NCBI GenBank assembly: GCA_024704765.1
Contig: JAKMXF010000054.1
Coordinates: forward strand, 1-46,080
Source: Oopsacas minuta
Lineage: Eukaryota > Animalia > Porifera
Length of the DNA stretch: 46,080 nt
Direction of reading: 5' to 3'
Position numbers and translations under genes: made by a program. Position 1 is the first letter of the stretch. The number at the start of each line of letters is the position of its first letter. This document shows positions 12,520 to 25,688 of this stretch, piece after piece. The notes under the pieces were generated by a model. It did no database searches and had not been told where the DNA came from. It saw only the letters and a list, made by a program, of their open reading frames with translations.

Positions 12520-12913
12520 CTTTTGAAAGAAAATTTCTACTCTCAAAAACTAGAAGTCCAAAGGTTTTGCTTCATGATCCATACGATTCCGCTTAAGGCA
12601 AAAATCGGGTGACTCTAAAATTACCCATCTTTTGCATATATAGATAGGCCTCGCATTTTCTTTGTTACAATTCGAAAATTAACTCCTGTTTATGACGCTT
12701 ATTGTTCCGGTATTAGTTTCCATTTTGGTTAATGTAAATGTCAATGTTAGACTAAAATAGATGAGTACCATAAATCTATATTGAGGAATATTTTCAAAAA
12801 TCTTTGGCCTGCAATAAACGAAGTAAATATGTTGGCATCTCTGTAACCTATTACCATGCCAATCCAAGAGTTATATCGCAATACTCATGTATATCTATTT
12901 CATGTTGAATTTA

Positions 12914-13390
12914 ACGAGTGTAAAGTTGGCTGAATATTCGAGAAGCAGTTCTTCAACTATTGATTTAATTAATTCCCTATGGTCAGAATGTAGATATTTT
13001 TTGACCATTCGAAAGAAGAGATACGGACGTTTCTGATATGAATTTATATCTTGTAAATTTTTATTTTTTTAATAGAAGTTGGTACATCTAACCAGCAGTT
13101 ATTGACATATGAATTTAGCATACGTAAACAAATCAGTTTTCCTGAAATCATGGTCATGTATTCCTGCTGTAGGGATGTGTTATGTGCTTTAATATTATGT
13201 TAAAATAATCAAACATTTTTAAGATATTTAGTTTTCAAAACTGGCTTGTTGGAGTTGAGTCTCTATTAGATATATACTAAGCACACAAATTTAATGAAAC
13301 ATTATAGTCCATTCTAACTATAGTAACACCTAACTGATTACTGCAATATCAACTGTTTGATCTCAGTTGACTCATTATGAATTACTCAAT
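12914..13390 (-). pseudogene. Copy 1 of a ~480-bp dispersed repeat; decayed integrase-like coding fragment (Ginger/KRBA2-like, tentative)
   Basis: Alignable by eye to 39240-39722. Minus frame KYLHSDHRELIKSIVEELLLEYSANFTLV resembles the integrase LHSDNGREFxNxIVxEL motif. Confidence 0.45.
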
Positions 13391-13645
13391 GGTTTATAGA
13401 ATATAGAAAGTATTTTCAATTATGTTATAGCACTTAGTTTGCATAAATTGCAAAATAGATCAAGAATAATCAATGTTTGAAATGTCGAGTAGAAATGGAT
13501 AGTCAAATTACAAGATTATATCATCTTTGCCTAGTCTTGAATTATAAAGTTACGAATTGATGCATTCAGTTATTGAGTCCCTCTCAAGCAGGCAGCAGAA
13601 GTTAAGAAGCCATAATGAGTCACATATAAATTCTACGTTAGATTA

Positions 13646-15735
13646 CACAGTGTAACAACTTTTTATTTGGTTATTTCCCTGTTTTATTGACAATTCTGAC
13701 GTGAGAAATTCGAATTTGACTGTGCTTTTAATGTATCGTCAATAACTTTAGTTAAAACGTCTAAATTCTACCTTTTTGATTTTCGCTTCATATTACCCAT
13801 TATACATTCGCATGACATTATATTCATTTCAAATATTGATTTACTTAGATAAATTGTTGTCTACAGATAGAATTTATTGATGGCTGTCAGAAGAATTTGC
13901 AAGCTATCACCAGATTCGCTTTGCCATGTTTGCGGGTACTACATTGGACCTAGACAAGTCAAGCATAATATAACACCCGGTACAAAATTGTGTATTGCGT
14001 ACTATACCTATTTTGGCATGCCAATGGGTGATCAAGACAAAATGTGATCTCCTCACTTCTGCTGTGGATCATGTCGTTCCACCTTAGAAGGATGGCTACG
14101 TGGAACCCGAAGGTGTATGCCATTTGCAATAACTCGAATTTGGAGAGAACTAGTTAACCACCATGATGACTGCTACTTTTGTATAGTAGATATTACAAAA
14201 TATAAAGGAAAAGATAGAAAACATATTGTTTATCCGAATATTCCATCATCTATTGCCCCAGTGTCGCACAATGAAGATCTGCCAATTCCGATTTCTCCTT
14301 TCTTAGAAGGAACTGTTGAACCTGAGTACATATCTTCTAGTGAGGAAGATTATATCAGCTTCGATGAAGACTTAACATGGAAACCACACTTTCCTATTCA
14401 GCAAGAATGATTAGACTTGGTTAAAGAATTAAGTCTGACGAAATCTAATTCGAGCATTTGAATCTCGTCTCACAGAGTGGAATTTACTTGATCCTAGTTA
14501 TCTAGATATCTATCTACAGATAACAGCATCATAATTTTGCATCTTTCTACAAATATTCGCTTTCCAATTCTTTGTGTTACTGTTCTGATGTGAATGGCTT
14601 TTTTCACGAGATTCGCGTGGATACAACCCTCCAGATTGGTGTCTCTTCATTGAGAGCTCTACAAGAAGTCTAAATGGTGCATTGCTTCACAATGGCAATG
14701 AATTTCCGACCATTCCCCTAACTCACTCAGTTCATTTAAAGGAAAATTATAACAATGTGAAACATATGTGGCGACTTCAGAATACTAGGATTTCTACTTG
14801 GATTACAGGCTGGTTATACACAAATTCTCACTTCCTTTGTTTGTGGAACGGTAGTGCAGATGATCAGCACTATGTTAAAATGATTAGCCCGTCAGAGAGA
14901 AGCTAATTCCAGGAACACAAATTCATTCACAATGTTCTTGTTCAACCAGAGAAGGTTTTGTTACCATCACTTCACATGAAGTTAGGGCTTGTGAAGCAAT
15001 TCATCAAATCCCTGAATCCTGGTAGTGATGCCTTCAAACATATACATTCAATGTTTCCAAAACTGTGTGAGGAAAAGTAAGAAATGGAATCCTCGTTGGA
15101 CCACAAATTAGGCGGATGTTAGCGTGTAGCGAGTTAGAAACCAAAATTAATGTTGTTTAAAAGAGAGCTTGGCAAGCATTTAGGTTCGTAGTTAGTGGAT
15201 TTTTAGGAATAGAAAGTCAGAGAACTATGAGGAACTCGTTGATAACTTAATTGCAAGTTTCAACATAAATGATGTAGAATGTCACTCAACCTACATTATT
15301 TACACCCACACTTGGGCTTCTTCAGACCAAATTTGGGAGATGTAAGTGAAGAACAAGGTAAACATTTCCACCGAGACATGTTAGTCATGAAGAAAACGTA
15401 CCAGGGAAAGTGGGACGAACATATGATGGGAGACTACTTGTGGTGTTTGATACATGATGTTCCGAATATACACAAAAGAAAATGCTACAAACAACTTTTT
15501 AACTTATACGTCACTTATTACGTTATATAGTAAATATTGATTATAATACTGTAAAATGTCATATATTTAAGGAAGGCATTCGTATTTTGGATTTATTGAA
15601 GAAGTTTCGATTCTGATCTAACAATGGATCGAAATAAACAAATATTAGTACTTTTGGCATCCACGCACCTTAAAGCAGTGGGGAAAAACTAAAATTTAGA
15701 TAAACAAACCTTTCATAAAAATTTGTTGCATTGTG
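13646..15735 (+). mobile_element. Chapaev3-type (CMC) DNA transposon, second family, full length, degenerate
   Basis: Termini CACAGTGTAACAA (13646) and TTGTTGCATTGTG (to 15735), TTA on both sides. ATG at 13880; CHVCG, IWRELVNHHDDCYFC, LHNGNEFPTIPLTHSVHLKE, SLHMKLGLVKQF, GDVSEEQGKHFHRD. Confidence 0.88.
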
Positions 15736-17572
15736 TTATTTATCTCCACTTTTACTATTATCAAAGTTATATGTCCATTGTTTGTCCTTTTTATTGTTCA
15801 TCGCTTATATGGAGTAACATTAAACTTCAGAGATACACTGTGTTGCAAGACATTAAAGGAGCGCGCTCCTATTTGATTGCAAACAATTTACAAATTTCAT
15901 CATTATTCTGCATCAGATATGGTATTCTTGCTATACAAGGTGGATGCTGGGACAATTTGGTATAACTCACAATTTATCAAAATGTTTTGACGTTGCGCAT
16001 TCAGTAATTTTCCGTAAGTACAATGGGTAAATCAGTCCTGATTACTTTTAAGTACAAATCTCAAGTAATTTTGAAAGAATGAAAAGGAAAACAAATTGGA
16101 ACGAAGTCCGAGTACGCTCCTTTCTTAAAAGGAGTGGAGGTAGGAGCGAGTTCCATTATCAGCACAAAAGCGCGATCCAAAAAGTACGAGCGCTTAATCT
16201 CTGTTGTGTTGTTAGTACTTTCCAACTAATACATCTATAAATGGTTGTCCTCAACTCACCTAGTCGGGATCAAAGGTGGGGATTTGATACGAGGATTTTT
16301 CAAATTTCCCACCCCTGGGCTATTTCAAATGTCAAATACCCTGTCTTATCGCTAATATAGGGTACTGGAACAAAATTATCTTTACTTATGTAATGTGATA
16401 AGTCTGCAAGTCAAATGTTCGCACAAATTGGGGTCAATTTCACCATAAATCCTCACTTATTGCCAGGTTATGACTGGAAGACCTGAAGAGAAAACTATTG
16501 ATAGGTGCATGATGAGTAAGCTAATAGAGAGAAATATAGAATCAGCAGAGAAAGACACAAATCACTTATTTATAGCTCTCCTATACTAAGTAGATTCTTT
16601 GCATTAGATTTTCTAACATCAAGAAAAGGTCATTTTTTGGATTAATGAAAGTCAACATTTCGAATGAGGGCATGAAGTTTTGGATTATTACAAAAGATTG
16701 TATAATAGCTCAGCTATTTATAAGGAATCATAGATAGAAATTAATGAACTACGGCCAGGGCAGCAGGAATATGCCTGAATATACTAAATAAAACATTCAA
16801 ATAGTCTGGGGCCTCAATTTAACCAGGTCATAATTGAGATTATACAGGTAGTCCATTTGGTGTTACCCTAGAAGCGAGACACAAGTGTATCTACACTCAC
16901 TACGCCATCCAAGAATTTCTGATATATGTACAATAGGACATAACCAACTCCTAGGATATGTAACACGAATAAAGTAGACGCATGATATAGCCGGTGCGAG
17001 GCGTTTAGACCACTTTAGGTGTAGTTAGTTTTAGTACTGCCATGTTAAGTGAAATCTTAGCCGTACCACTTTCCCAGGGCTGCTAAGGATTAGCTAGACC
17101 TTTTCAAAATCCGTTCTTCCAGACCTTACATAAGAGCAACAGTTATGAATACATGCAAGTAATTGGGCTACATATTAGTTGCATACATATTACTCTTAAA
17201 AATATAATTTGATAATTTAGAATTTCTATTTCTAGACATATACTGTTTTCTATTGTTGTACCGATACTATAATCTTGTCTAAAATATCTAAAGCAAGTTC
17301 ATGGTAATTACCTGCATGTACAATAGATATTGATCCATTAGATAAGCGAGAGGCGAATTCAATACCTCATCAAATGAAGAACCTTTGCCGAATAATACAT
17401 TCAACCATTTCAAGTCTCTTTCATGAATGCCTATATATAAGTCTTAATAGATAAGTAGTTCCCATCTACAGGAATATACTGCGTCCAACTATGTATCTAA
17501 TAATTCAATGGCATTTTAATCTGACCATTAATATTATTCATTCCCAGACCTACTATGACATTAAGTAACTTA

Positions 17573-18826
17573 CCAGGGGCACTCGCAAAGTTTTTAGCCA
17601 CAACTAAAATGGTTTTATCTTCTCAAAGTATTAACCTCTAGCTTGTACACACTTTTTTATCCTTTCAAACCACTTTTCTATCATATTACTCCACTAAGAT
17701 TTGGTTAGGGCATCAAGATGTTCTTTATAGATTTGACAGCTTCACTAGGAAGTGAAAAACGGCAGCCACGCATAAGATCTTTAGCCATTACGAATAAAAA
17801 AGTCACAGAGTGCAAGGTCAAGAGAATATGGCGGATGGCCAAGCATTTGAATGGGTTTGTAGGCAAGGAAGTCATGGTTGCACCGGCTGTGTGAGAGCAC
17901 GCATTACTGTGATCCAAAAATAACCCTCTAACTCCTGACTTCGAACGCTGTTCACAGAGGTTTTTTAAATAGTTCTGGAAAGTAAACAGTACAATACCAT
18001 TTAGCAGTTACTATTCTTTGTTCTATCAACAGTACAGTTGCTACATGACCTCTTTTACCAACAAAAGTCGCAACCATTTGTTTTCAGTTGGACGTGCACG
18101 CATCACCTTTGTTGGGGCATCCTCACCAGGAAATACACAAACCTGAGATGGTGTCTTTTCACAGGCGCATAAGAACATATTCAAGTCTCATCGCCTGTAA
18201 CTATCAAAGAAACTCAACTAGACAACTCTATTTCGAATTTAAATATTGATTTACACCAATAAACCCTAGCTTGCTTTTGGGAATCAGTCAAGAGATGTGG
18301 GATCCACAAACTGCTCAGCTTATGTAGACCAAGATCTTCAAGTAATATCTTACTCACTGCCCAGTCTGAAATCCCTAGCGTGCTCTGGATCATATCATAT
18401 GTGATCGTCGATCTTCAACCACTAAGTTTCATACTATCTCTATATTGTTAGTTGCTGTCCAAGTTTGCGGGCTACAGTTCTTGGGGCATCACCAAGCGAT
18501 TCCCGTTTTAGTGAAAATTCATGATACCAATTGGTAACAGTTGAAATGCGTGAGGCAAATGTTCATGACAATCACGAAGAGCTAAACGAATCTGAAAATG
18601 ATAGAATATCATCGTGCAGAATTTCTCAATTTAGATCCATATTCTTATTCTCAATAATAGTAACCTCTGAACACTTGAAGAGAAGTATATCTAGAATAGA
18701 TTATTATATGGATTTGAAAGTTGGTATAGTAACATATAATCAGTTGAAGAATATGTAAAAATAGTCGACAAAATTATTTGCTAAGTATTGAAAAAGTAGC
18801 AAAAAAACTTTCCAAGTGTCCCTCAG
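17573..18826 (-). mobile_element. Full-length, strongly degenerate mariner transposon
   Basis: Left end TA+CCAGGGGCACTCGCAAAGTTT; degenerate right end AAACTTTCCAAGTGTCCCTCAG. Minus-strand remnants WIPHLLT, IVTGDET*, PTKVMRAR, HSNACSHTA. The TIR is related to that of the 11088 element. Confidence 0.8.
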
Positions 18827-19374
18827 TGAGAGGGGGGTTATAACATGAAAGAGAATAATTTAAAGTGCACAAATCGAATAAATACAAATCTGTTATGATT
18901 TCAACGTTATCAACTGAGAGGAGAACACTCGAGCACGTGTTCTTACAGAGTATTTTTCAAAATTCCCGTTATTGTGTGGTACGAAATCAGAATTTGGTCC
19001 CTTCCCGTTTTATTTACATATATTGCTTCAAAACTTCGCGCCCACTTTTTAAAGTTAATTCAATCAATTTCTTCAATATAGTAGAAATTATCAAACAAAC
19101 GTAAACAAATATCGTAATACAATAAACACCAGTATTCGACAAATTTCATGCAATATTTAAGAAAAAAAGTCCCAATGAAATATTTAAAGGGGAAAATTGG
19201 CTTCAACAACTCTAATATATAGCAGGACTGTGCAACCAGTGGGTCGAAGAAGGTAGACATCATTGATGAATTTGAGTGACTAGATAAAAACTTGCACTCA
19301 AAATATTGTCTTGAGCGTGGATTGTGCCAGACAGTATCCATAGAAACCATATTAGTTACATATACTATGCCCGG

Positions 19375-19625
19375 CAGGGTTGGTAAAATCACAAAAATTG
19401 GATTTTTTTGATTATTGTTGTATTTATGTAATATTTAACAGACCTTATGACTGCTACATGAAATATACTGAGAATCAAATGATTTAATAGTTTATTTTTT
19501 GCGAAATCTAAACTCAGTTATAGCATGAAAATATAATTTTTATAAAAAATTATTGGAGTTTTATTTAGATACTTGCAACTGAGCATTCTGTAGATAAACA
19601 CTAGTTTTGCCTCCTCCTTGAAGAG
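19375..19625 (-). mobile_element. 3' terminal fragment of a hAT element (TIR CAGGGTTG), homologous to 41161-41424
   Basis: About 250 bp align in inverted orientation to 41161-41424. The minus strand encodes AKLVFIYRML, the end of the hAT dimerisation domain. Confidence 0.65.
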
Positions 19626-19809
19626 AAAGTGGTAATTCACAACATCTAGAAGAATAAACTACAGTTGAACCATCGAGTTACGAGAAACACTTGAAATATC
19701 ATGAGAATATTATCAGCTAATAAGGGCCCAAACATTGTCTAGAAATGACTATTAAAGATTACCTGAAAATATGGACTAAAATCAAATATGCATTGGGAAT
19801 ATATAAATA

Positions 19810-21146
19810 CAGGGACATTCAATATATACTAATCACTGCATATTTTTAATGAAATAGCAGTTCTAAGCTAGTATTTCTCAGTGCAATTATATAGAACCAT
19901 ATTTCAACTTTCTAACAAAACTTAGAGAGAGTTGATCACCTAATTATTTCCTAAGTTTCAGTTATTTTTAGAAACCTACATTTTCTCCTTTACATTTTTC
20001 ATGGCTTCTTGTCCAAATTATTCGGAACTTGAACAACGAACGTACATCAAATTTCGCACCATTCTCGAAATCCCTCCAAAGTCTATTCATGACGAGTTGG
20101 CAACGATATGTGGAGAAGATACTTTATCGTATTCAACTGTCAGAAGGTGGGTGAGCCAATTTAGGGAAGGTAGGACCTCTGTCCAGGACGCCCCTGTTCC
20201 TGGAACACCAAAACTGGCGACCAACAATGACAAATTGAATGAAGTAAAGGACTATGTCAGGTTGTTTCCGCATTCTTCGGTTGAGGAGGTAGCTAGCTAA
20301 CTATGTTGGCACTTCAACGGGAAGTGCACACACAATTTTGAAGGTGGATTTAGAACTGAGGAAAGTCCAAGTGAGATGGGTACCACATTGCTTAACTTTT
20401 CCACAAACGGCCACGAGACTCCAAATGGCTAAGGAAAACCTTGAAATTTATGAAGGAAGTGACCCTAGGCGGTTATTAGAGATAGTAACAGGAGATGAAA
20501 CATGGATACAATTCAAACCACCGATCAGAAAGCAAGATGGCAGGGTATGGCTAAAGAAGGCAGAGGTACCCCCAGCTGTTTGTGTATCCGACTTCCGTGC
20601 CCCGAAGGTCTTGTACTGCATATTTTTCGATGGCCTAGGTACTGTAGCCCAAATCCCTGTTCCCAAAGGTCAGACACTCACAGGACAATTTTACGCAGAT
20701 GTGGTGTTGCCTGAGGTCGAAAAACATTATCTTAAGCGTCGTCCAAAGACTGGAACTCGTGGTTTTAAAATTTTGCACGATAATGCTAGTCCGCATAAAT
20801 CTTTGGCTGTAAGGCAAAAAATTAAAGATATGGTTTTGCACGAAGTTCCACATCCACTTACTCCCCTGATATAGCCCCATGTGACTCCTGGCTGTTTAGA
20901 AAACTCAAAGATAACCTCCCGGACGCGAATTTGAGGATCGGCTCAGCCTTGCTCGGGTAATTTACAGATACCTTGAAATCACACCCAAGGATAAGTATAG
21001 GAAGACCTTAGAAAATTGGATTAAAAGGCTAAATTCAGTTGTAGCGTATAAAGGAGACTACTTTGAACATTCATAGCAAATTACCAACTTTACACAAGTA
21101 TTTATAGTTTTAGTATGGTATGATTAGTATTTATTGAATGCCCCAG
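19810..21146 (+). mobile_element. Full-length mariner transposon, few disabling mutations
   Basis: TIRs CAGGGACATTCAATATATACTAATCA and reverse-complement CTGGGGCATTCAATAAATACTAATCA, TA TSD. Transposase 20001-21076 with WVPHCLT, IVTGDETWI, LHDNASPH and frameshifted YSPDIAPCD. Confidence 0.93.
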
Positions 21147-21290
21147 TATTATGGAGTTCCCCATAAAAATTTTGATGAACTCCAAATCATGTGAAGAGAT
21201 TTAGGAAATGTAATGCCGGATTCATTAGCAATTACCTAAACTACAAGGAACGCTTCAAAATACTCGCGTCAGTAACCAAATATAGCACAA

Positions 21291-21747
21291 AATGTCAGCG
21301 AACGAGGGCAGAACACGCTGGACACGAATACAAGCAAGAAAAAATCTCGAATCATTAAGTAAAGATAAATGACAGATTGACAAAGTAGAATCAGGCGTGA
21401 ACTATGCAGTTCACGGGACAGGAGATTTAGGCCAGTCGACAAAAATGCCATACTTTCTGTTAGTAAAGCGTCAAAAGAAACAAGCAACCAACCAAGGGGT
21501 GAACTAATGTCCGAAACGATGGTGGACAATGCGGGACGCAAATTTCAAATCCTCATGTAAAATGGGAAAGATTAATGACAATAAATTTCATCCGGAGCAT
21601 TTTGGCTGGACACATGTGGTCGGGCTGAACAAGTTTTGACAAAACAAATGTTGGTGTAACAAGAAAACAAAGTAGAAATATTAACTAATGCAACTACTAT
21701 ATGACAAAATTTTTGAACTAACGACAACATATCAAATTTGGACAAAT
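21291..21747 (+). pseudogene. Possible piggyBac-like transposase N-terminal remnant, interrupted by the two hAT insertions and continuing after 25696
   Basis: Weak motif resemblance only: RWTRIQARKNLESLS, KWE, GRAEQVLTKQ, and FRHTN formed across the reconstructed empty site. No TTAA/TIR identified. Confidence 0.25.
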
Positions 21748-21755
21748 GTTTAGGC

Positions 21756-23322
21756 CATGGGTATCCAACCTATGGCCCGCGGGCCCAGAGTTCGGGCAGC
21801 CAAAGATTTCATTCCGACCCACCTGCCTTCTAAAGAGAACATAGATCACAACACCGAATAACAAAACGCTAGAGACCAATTCGAATTACTTCTATTAAAT
21901 ACCCAATTTTTTGTCGAAAACAATGTCATTTTCAATTTTGCACAGATGTATGTAATAAAGCGATACAGCCGAACTCGCAAAATAAATAAAAGGAGTCACA
22001 ACAGGTTTTGAAGGTGTTGAAGAAGTACTCGACCTATGTCCGATGAAAGACACAACAACAGCAGAGGACGTTTCCAAGAGGTTAAACATGTAATAATAAA
22101 TTCAATGTAAGTCCTGACGAAATTTGTGGCATAACAATTGATGGAGCCCATGTGTTAATAGGAAAGCATAAAGGATTCACTAGTCTAATGCTTAAATATG
22201 TATCACATGAAGTCATTGCACATCACTGCATCATTCACCAACAAAAGCTAGGTGCAAAAACGCTGGAGAAGAAACATGTATTGGAAGAAGTTGTTTCTAA
22301 CATCAACTTCATTAGATCTTAGAGACTCAATGACAGAAAATTTCAGGCTTTTCTTACAGATGTTGGACCTGACTACGACGATGTTATTTATTTCCGCCAT
22401 ATTCGCTGGCTCAGCAGAGCGACCACCCTTGTCAAATTCTATCCCCTACTTAAAGAAATAAAACTCATTATGAAGAGCAAAGGAAAGGATTAAAGCTTTA
22501 TGGAAGATGATCAATGGTTGATGACTTGACATACCTAGTATAAATTACCAAGTATCTTGCGAACTTAATGTGAATCCATAAGGAAAGGGGCGATGTGTCA
22601 ATAGACTATACGAACATGTGCAAATGTTCATTCAACAATTAAAAATGATTCATACACAGTTGATCAACAAGGAAGTTGTAAATTTCACAACTCTATCAAC
22701 AAGGGATGGAACGATAGTGAAGTATGAAAGGTATTGTGCCCTCATTGGAGTTTTTAAGAAATGAATTTGAACAAAGGTATTGGGATTTCAGGGAACACTG
22801 TGATAAACTCAAACTGTTTTCAGATCTATTTAGGATTGATGTTGACGATGCTCATGACATGTGCCTATTGGAACTAATTGACATTCATTGTGGAGGTGAT
22901 TTTAAGCGGGCTTTCGTTGAACATGATCTCCAAACATTTTATCGTAATTATGTTAGCTCACCATCCAATCCAAAAATCTCGCAATAAGCACTTAGTTTCA
23001 AAGAACTGTTAGGCAGTATATATTGCTGTAACCGTTTTTTCAAGAATGGAAAACTTAAACAAACACGAGATCTAAATTGACTGTGAACATCTTACCAGAA
23101 CACTTCGTTTCGCTACATCAAGTGCACTGTCAGACATTGGTCATTTGTGCAAGCAAAAACATGCAACACATCTTATAAATTTCAAGAGAAAAGTAAAATA
23201 TAACTATAAATAACTTTTATTTAATAAATTGCAAAAATATCAGTTCACATCTATTCATCGGAACATGATGTGAAATAATGTTGGAATGTGGCAGCATTGT
23301 TCTTCAAGGTTGGAAATGCCTG
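21756..23322 (+). mobile_element. Buster/SPIN-type (GTF2IRD2-like) hAT element, internally deleted, both ends present
   Basis: TIRs CATGGGTATCCAACCT and reverse-complement CAGGCATTTCCAACCT (12/16), flanking 8-mers GTTTAGGC and GTGTAGAC. Coding remnants HCIIHQ, EFEQRY, FVEHDLQTFY. Homologous to 34264-36030 but lacking roughly 750 bp of the 5' transposase. Confidence 0.85.
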
Positions 23323-23330
23323 GTGTAGAC

Positions 23331-25688
23331 CAGGGTTGGGTTCAAGTACAATTGTACTTAAGTACACATTTTTGAGTACTTGTACTTGTACTTGAATACT
23401 TTCCAAATGTAATTTAAATTTAAATTTTTTTCAAGTACTTTTTAGAACTTCTACTATTAACTAGAATGATTGTTGGCTTTGTTGCCAATTATTGTCAACA
23501 CTATAGTTTCTATTGTTGATCATTGCAGGGAAAACTCACAAGAGTATCCTTGATGTGTGGTATATTTATTAAGTGAAGCAGTACAAACTTTGCTAAAAGT
23601 AACAAACAATGGTAGGAATCAATCGTAAACACAATTAGGTTTCTTTTCATTACGCATATTCATTATATGGATATCTCACATGTTCGAAGTAATTAAGTAT
23701 ATCTGGAGATGGTTTCCAGGATGATTTTTGATATCTCTTCTTCAAACTCAATTATGGCTAGCAAGAATGCTTCCTGACATATTAAAGTGCTTTGATATAC
23801 CTGATAATTGAAATGGGAATTTCAAAGCGACATGTAAATATTGTCTGAAAGAAATTTCAGGGTGTTTAAAGACAACATCCAACTTCATTAAGCATATGAA
23901 ACGAAATCACCATATTAAGTATGAAGAACTCAATAGTTTCAAAGGACCAACGGAAGACAAACACCTGAAACTTAACCTACTAACCACTTCGAATAAAAGT
24001 ATCCTCATCATGATTTACATCAACTTGAAATTACTTATGAACTTGTGAATTTTATTGCAGGGGATTTGCTCCGAATCTCAGTTGTTGAGAATTCAAGATT
24101 TCGAAATTTTTTATAGAAGTTGGACGCTAAATACCAAGTACCTACCAGAAAGCTTCTTTCCACTAAACTGATAGAGGGAAAATATAGAAAGATCCACGAA
24201 AATATTGCTAAAAAGGTTGAACAAGTTTCTAGTATTGCTCTGACTGCTGACCTTAGGCAACAGACAGATGAAGAGTTATATAGGGATTACTGGTCACTTC
24301 ATCTTGGACTGGAAAATAAATTCCATAATGATTGCATGTCACAGATTCTCAGGCAGACATTCTGCTTGCAACATATATGACAAATTTCAGGAAATGATAG
24401 CTTATTTTAAAATCAACAACAACATTTCAACCATCATTACTGACAACGCGTACAATATGGTAAATGCATTCAGTCTACCTGGTTTCAACACTCTACAGCA
24501 AGAATCTGCTCAAAGTGACGGTGAAGATGATATTGAAAACTACGGTGATCCAATTTTTGAATTAGAAGATGATGCCCTTGCTTTATTCCCTTCAGTTCAC
24601 AACTCTTGCTTTGCACATACACTTCAACTTGTAGTAAAGGATGGCCATAACAAAGCTGATATTTTTTCGAAGGTCAGTTCGAAGGTATCTACAATCGTAT
24701 CACATGTACGCAGGTCAACTGTTGACACAGATGTACTGATTGGTGAGAATAGGTTACAATCAAGCGTCACTACTCGTTGGAACTCACAACTATTAATGAT
24801 TAAGTCAATCCTTAAAGTTAATCAAGATAAATTAAACGCCCTTAACACTGCCAAGTTAGCAGCATATGAACGAAACACACTGAGAGATTTTGTGGAAACC
24901 CTATCCCCTTTTGAGGAAGCGACCGATATTGCCCAAATTGAAAACAGAGTATCTTCAAGCTTAGTCATCCAATGTATAAGAGGTATAAGGGGTCAACTGT
25001 CAACACTACACATGAAATATTCTAACGCCCTAATAAAAGAACTCGCAGAATCAGTTGAACGTCGACTTACCATTTATGAATCCGAAGATACATACACGAC
25101 AACTAGTATGTTAGACCCGCGTTTTAAACCGAAGTGGTGCAAAGATGGCAATGAAAGAGATCATCACAAAAGTGAACTATTGTCCAAGATGTACAAAATT
25201 TAAAACAACAAATCAAACCGCCCAGTGGTAGTAGAGTGTGAAAGTAAACAACCAAAATCAAAAAGAACTAAATTGTTTTCGTTTATGGGTTCGGATGAAG
25301 AAGACACAGGAAGCATGTACACGGATGAATCACAGCTTACAGAATATTTACTCAAACCAACTATCCCAGGAAAGTCTAATCCACTTGCGTTCTGGAAAGA
25401 TCATGCAGATACATACCCCAAGCTCGCCGTATTAGCCATGAAATATCTAGCAGTTCCAGCGTCATCTGCTCTGTTGAACGCCTTCGCAGTATCGCTGGAA
25501 AAGTCTTTCGTCCAGATAGATGCAATCTTTCCGAAAAAACCTTTGAAACACTGATGTTTCTTAGGTCCAATATGTATTGATCTTGATTATTCATTTATAT
25601 TTGTTGTGTTTAAACGTAGAGAACTAAATATCATCTATCACCAATATTAATTCCCATTAAATTTCAAAAGTACTTGAACCCAACCCTG
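23331..25688 (+). mobile_element. Ac-type hAT transposon (BED zinc finger, ZBED1/4-like transposase), full length with a few frameshifts
   Basis: Perfect 19-bp TIR CAGGGTTGGGTTCAAGTAC (23331-23349 / 25670-25688); TSD GTGTAGAC / GTTTAGAC. BED-like CLKEIS...SNFIKHMKRNH near 23830-23915. A 311-aa ORF has SYIGITGHF, ITDNAYNM, CFAHTLQLVV, TRWNS. Dimerisation domain PLAFWK..YPKLA..A.KYLAVPASSA. Confidence 0.95.

Noticed and set aside
12601-12760. Possible upstream STOML2 exon (ETNTGTISV; EAYLYMQKMGNFR followed by GT)
   Set aside because: The VPQQEAW motif is absent, spacing to MGxF is off, the two pieces are in different frames and the donor is weak; judged coincidence.
19060-19392. 110-aa minus-strand ORF
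   Set aside because: No recognisable domain, begins within a hAT TIR, and has no convincing splice context.
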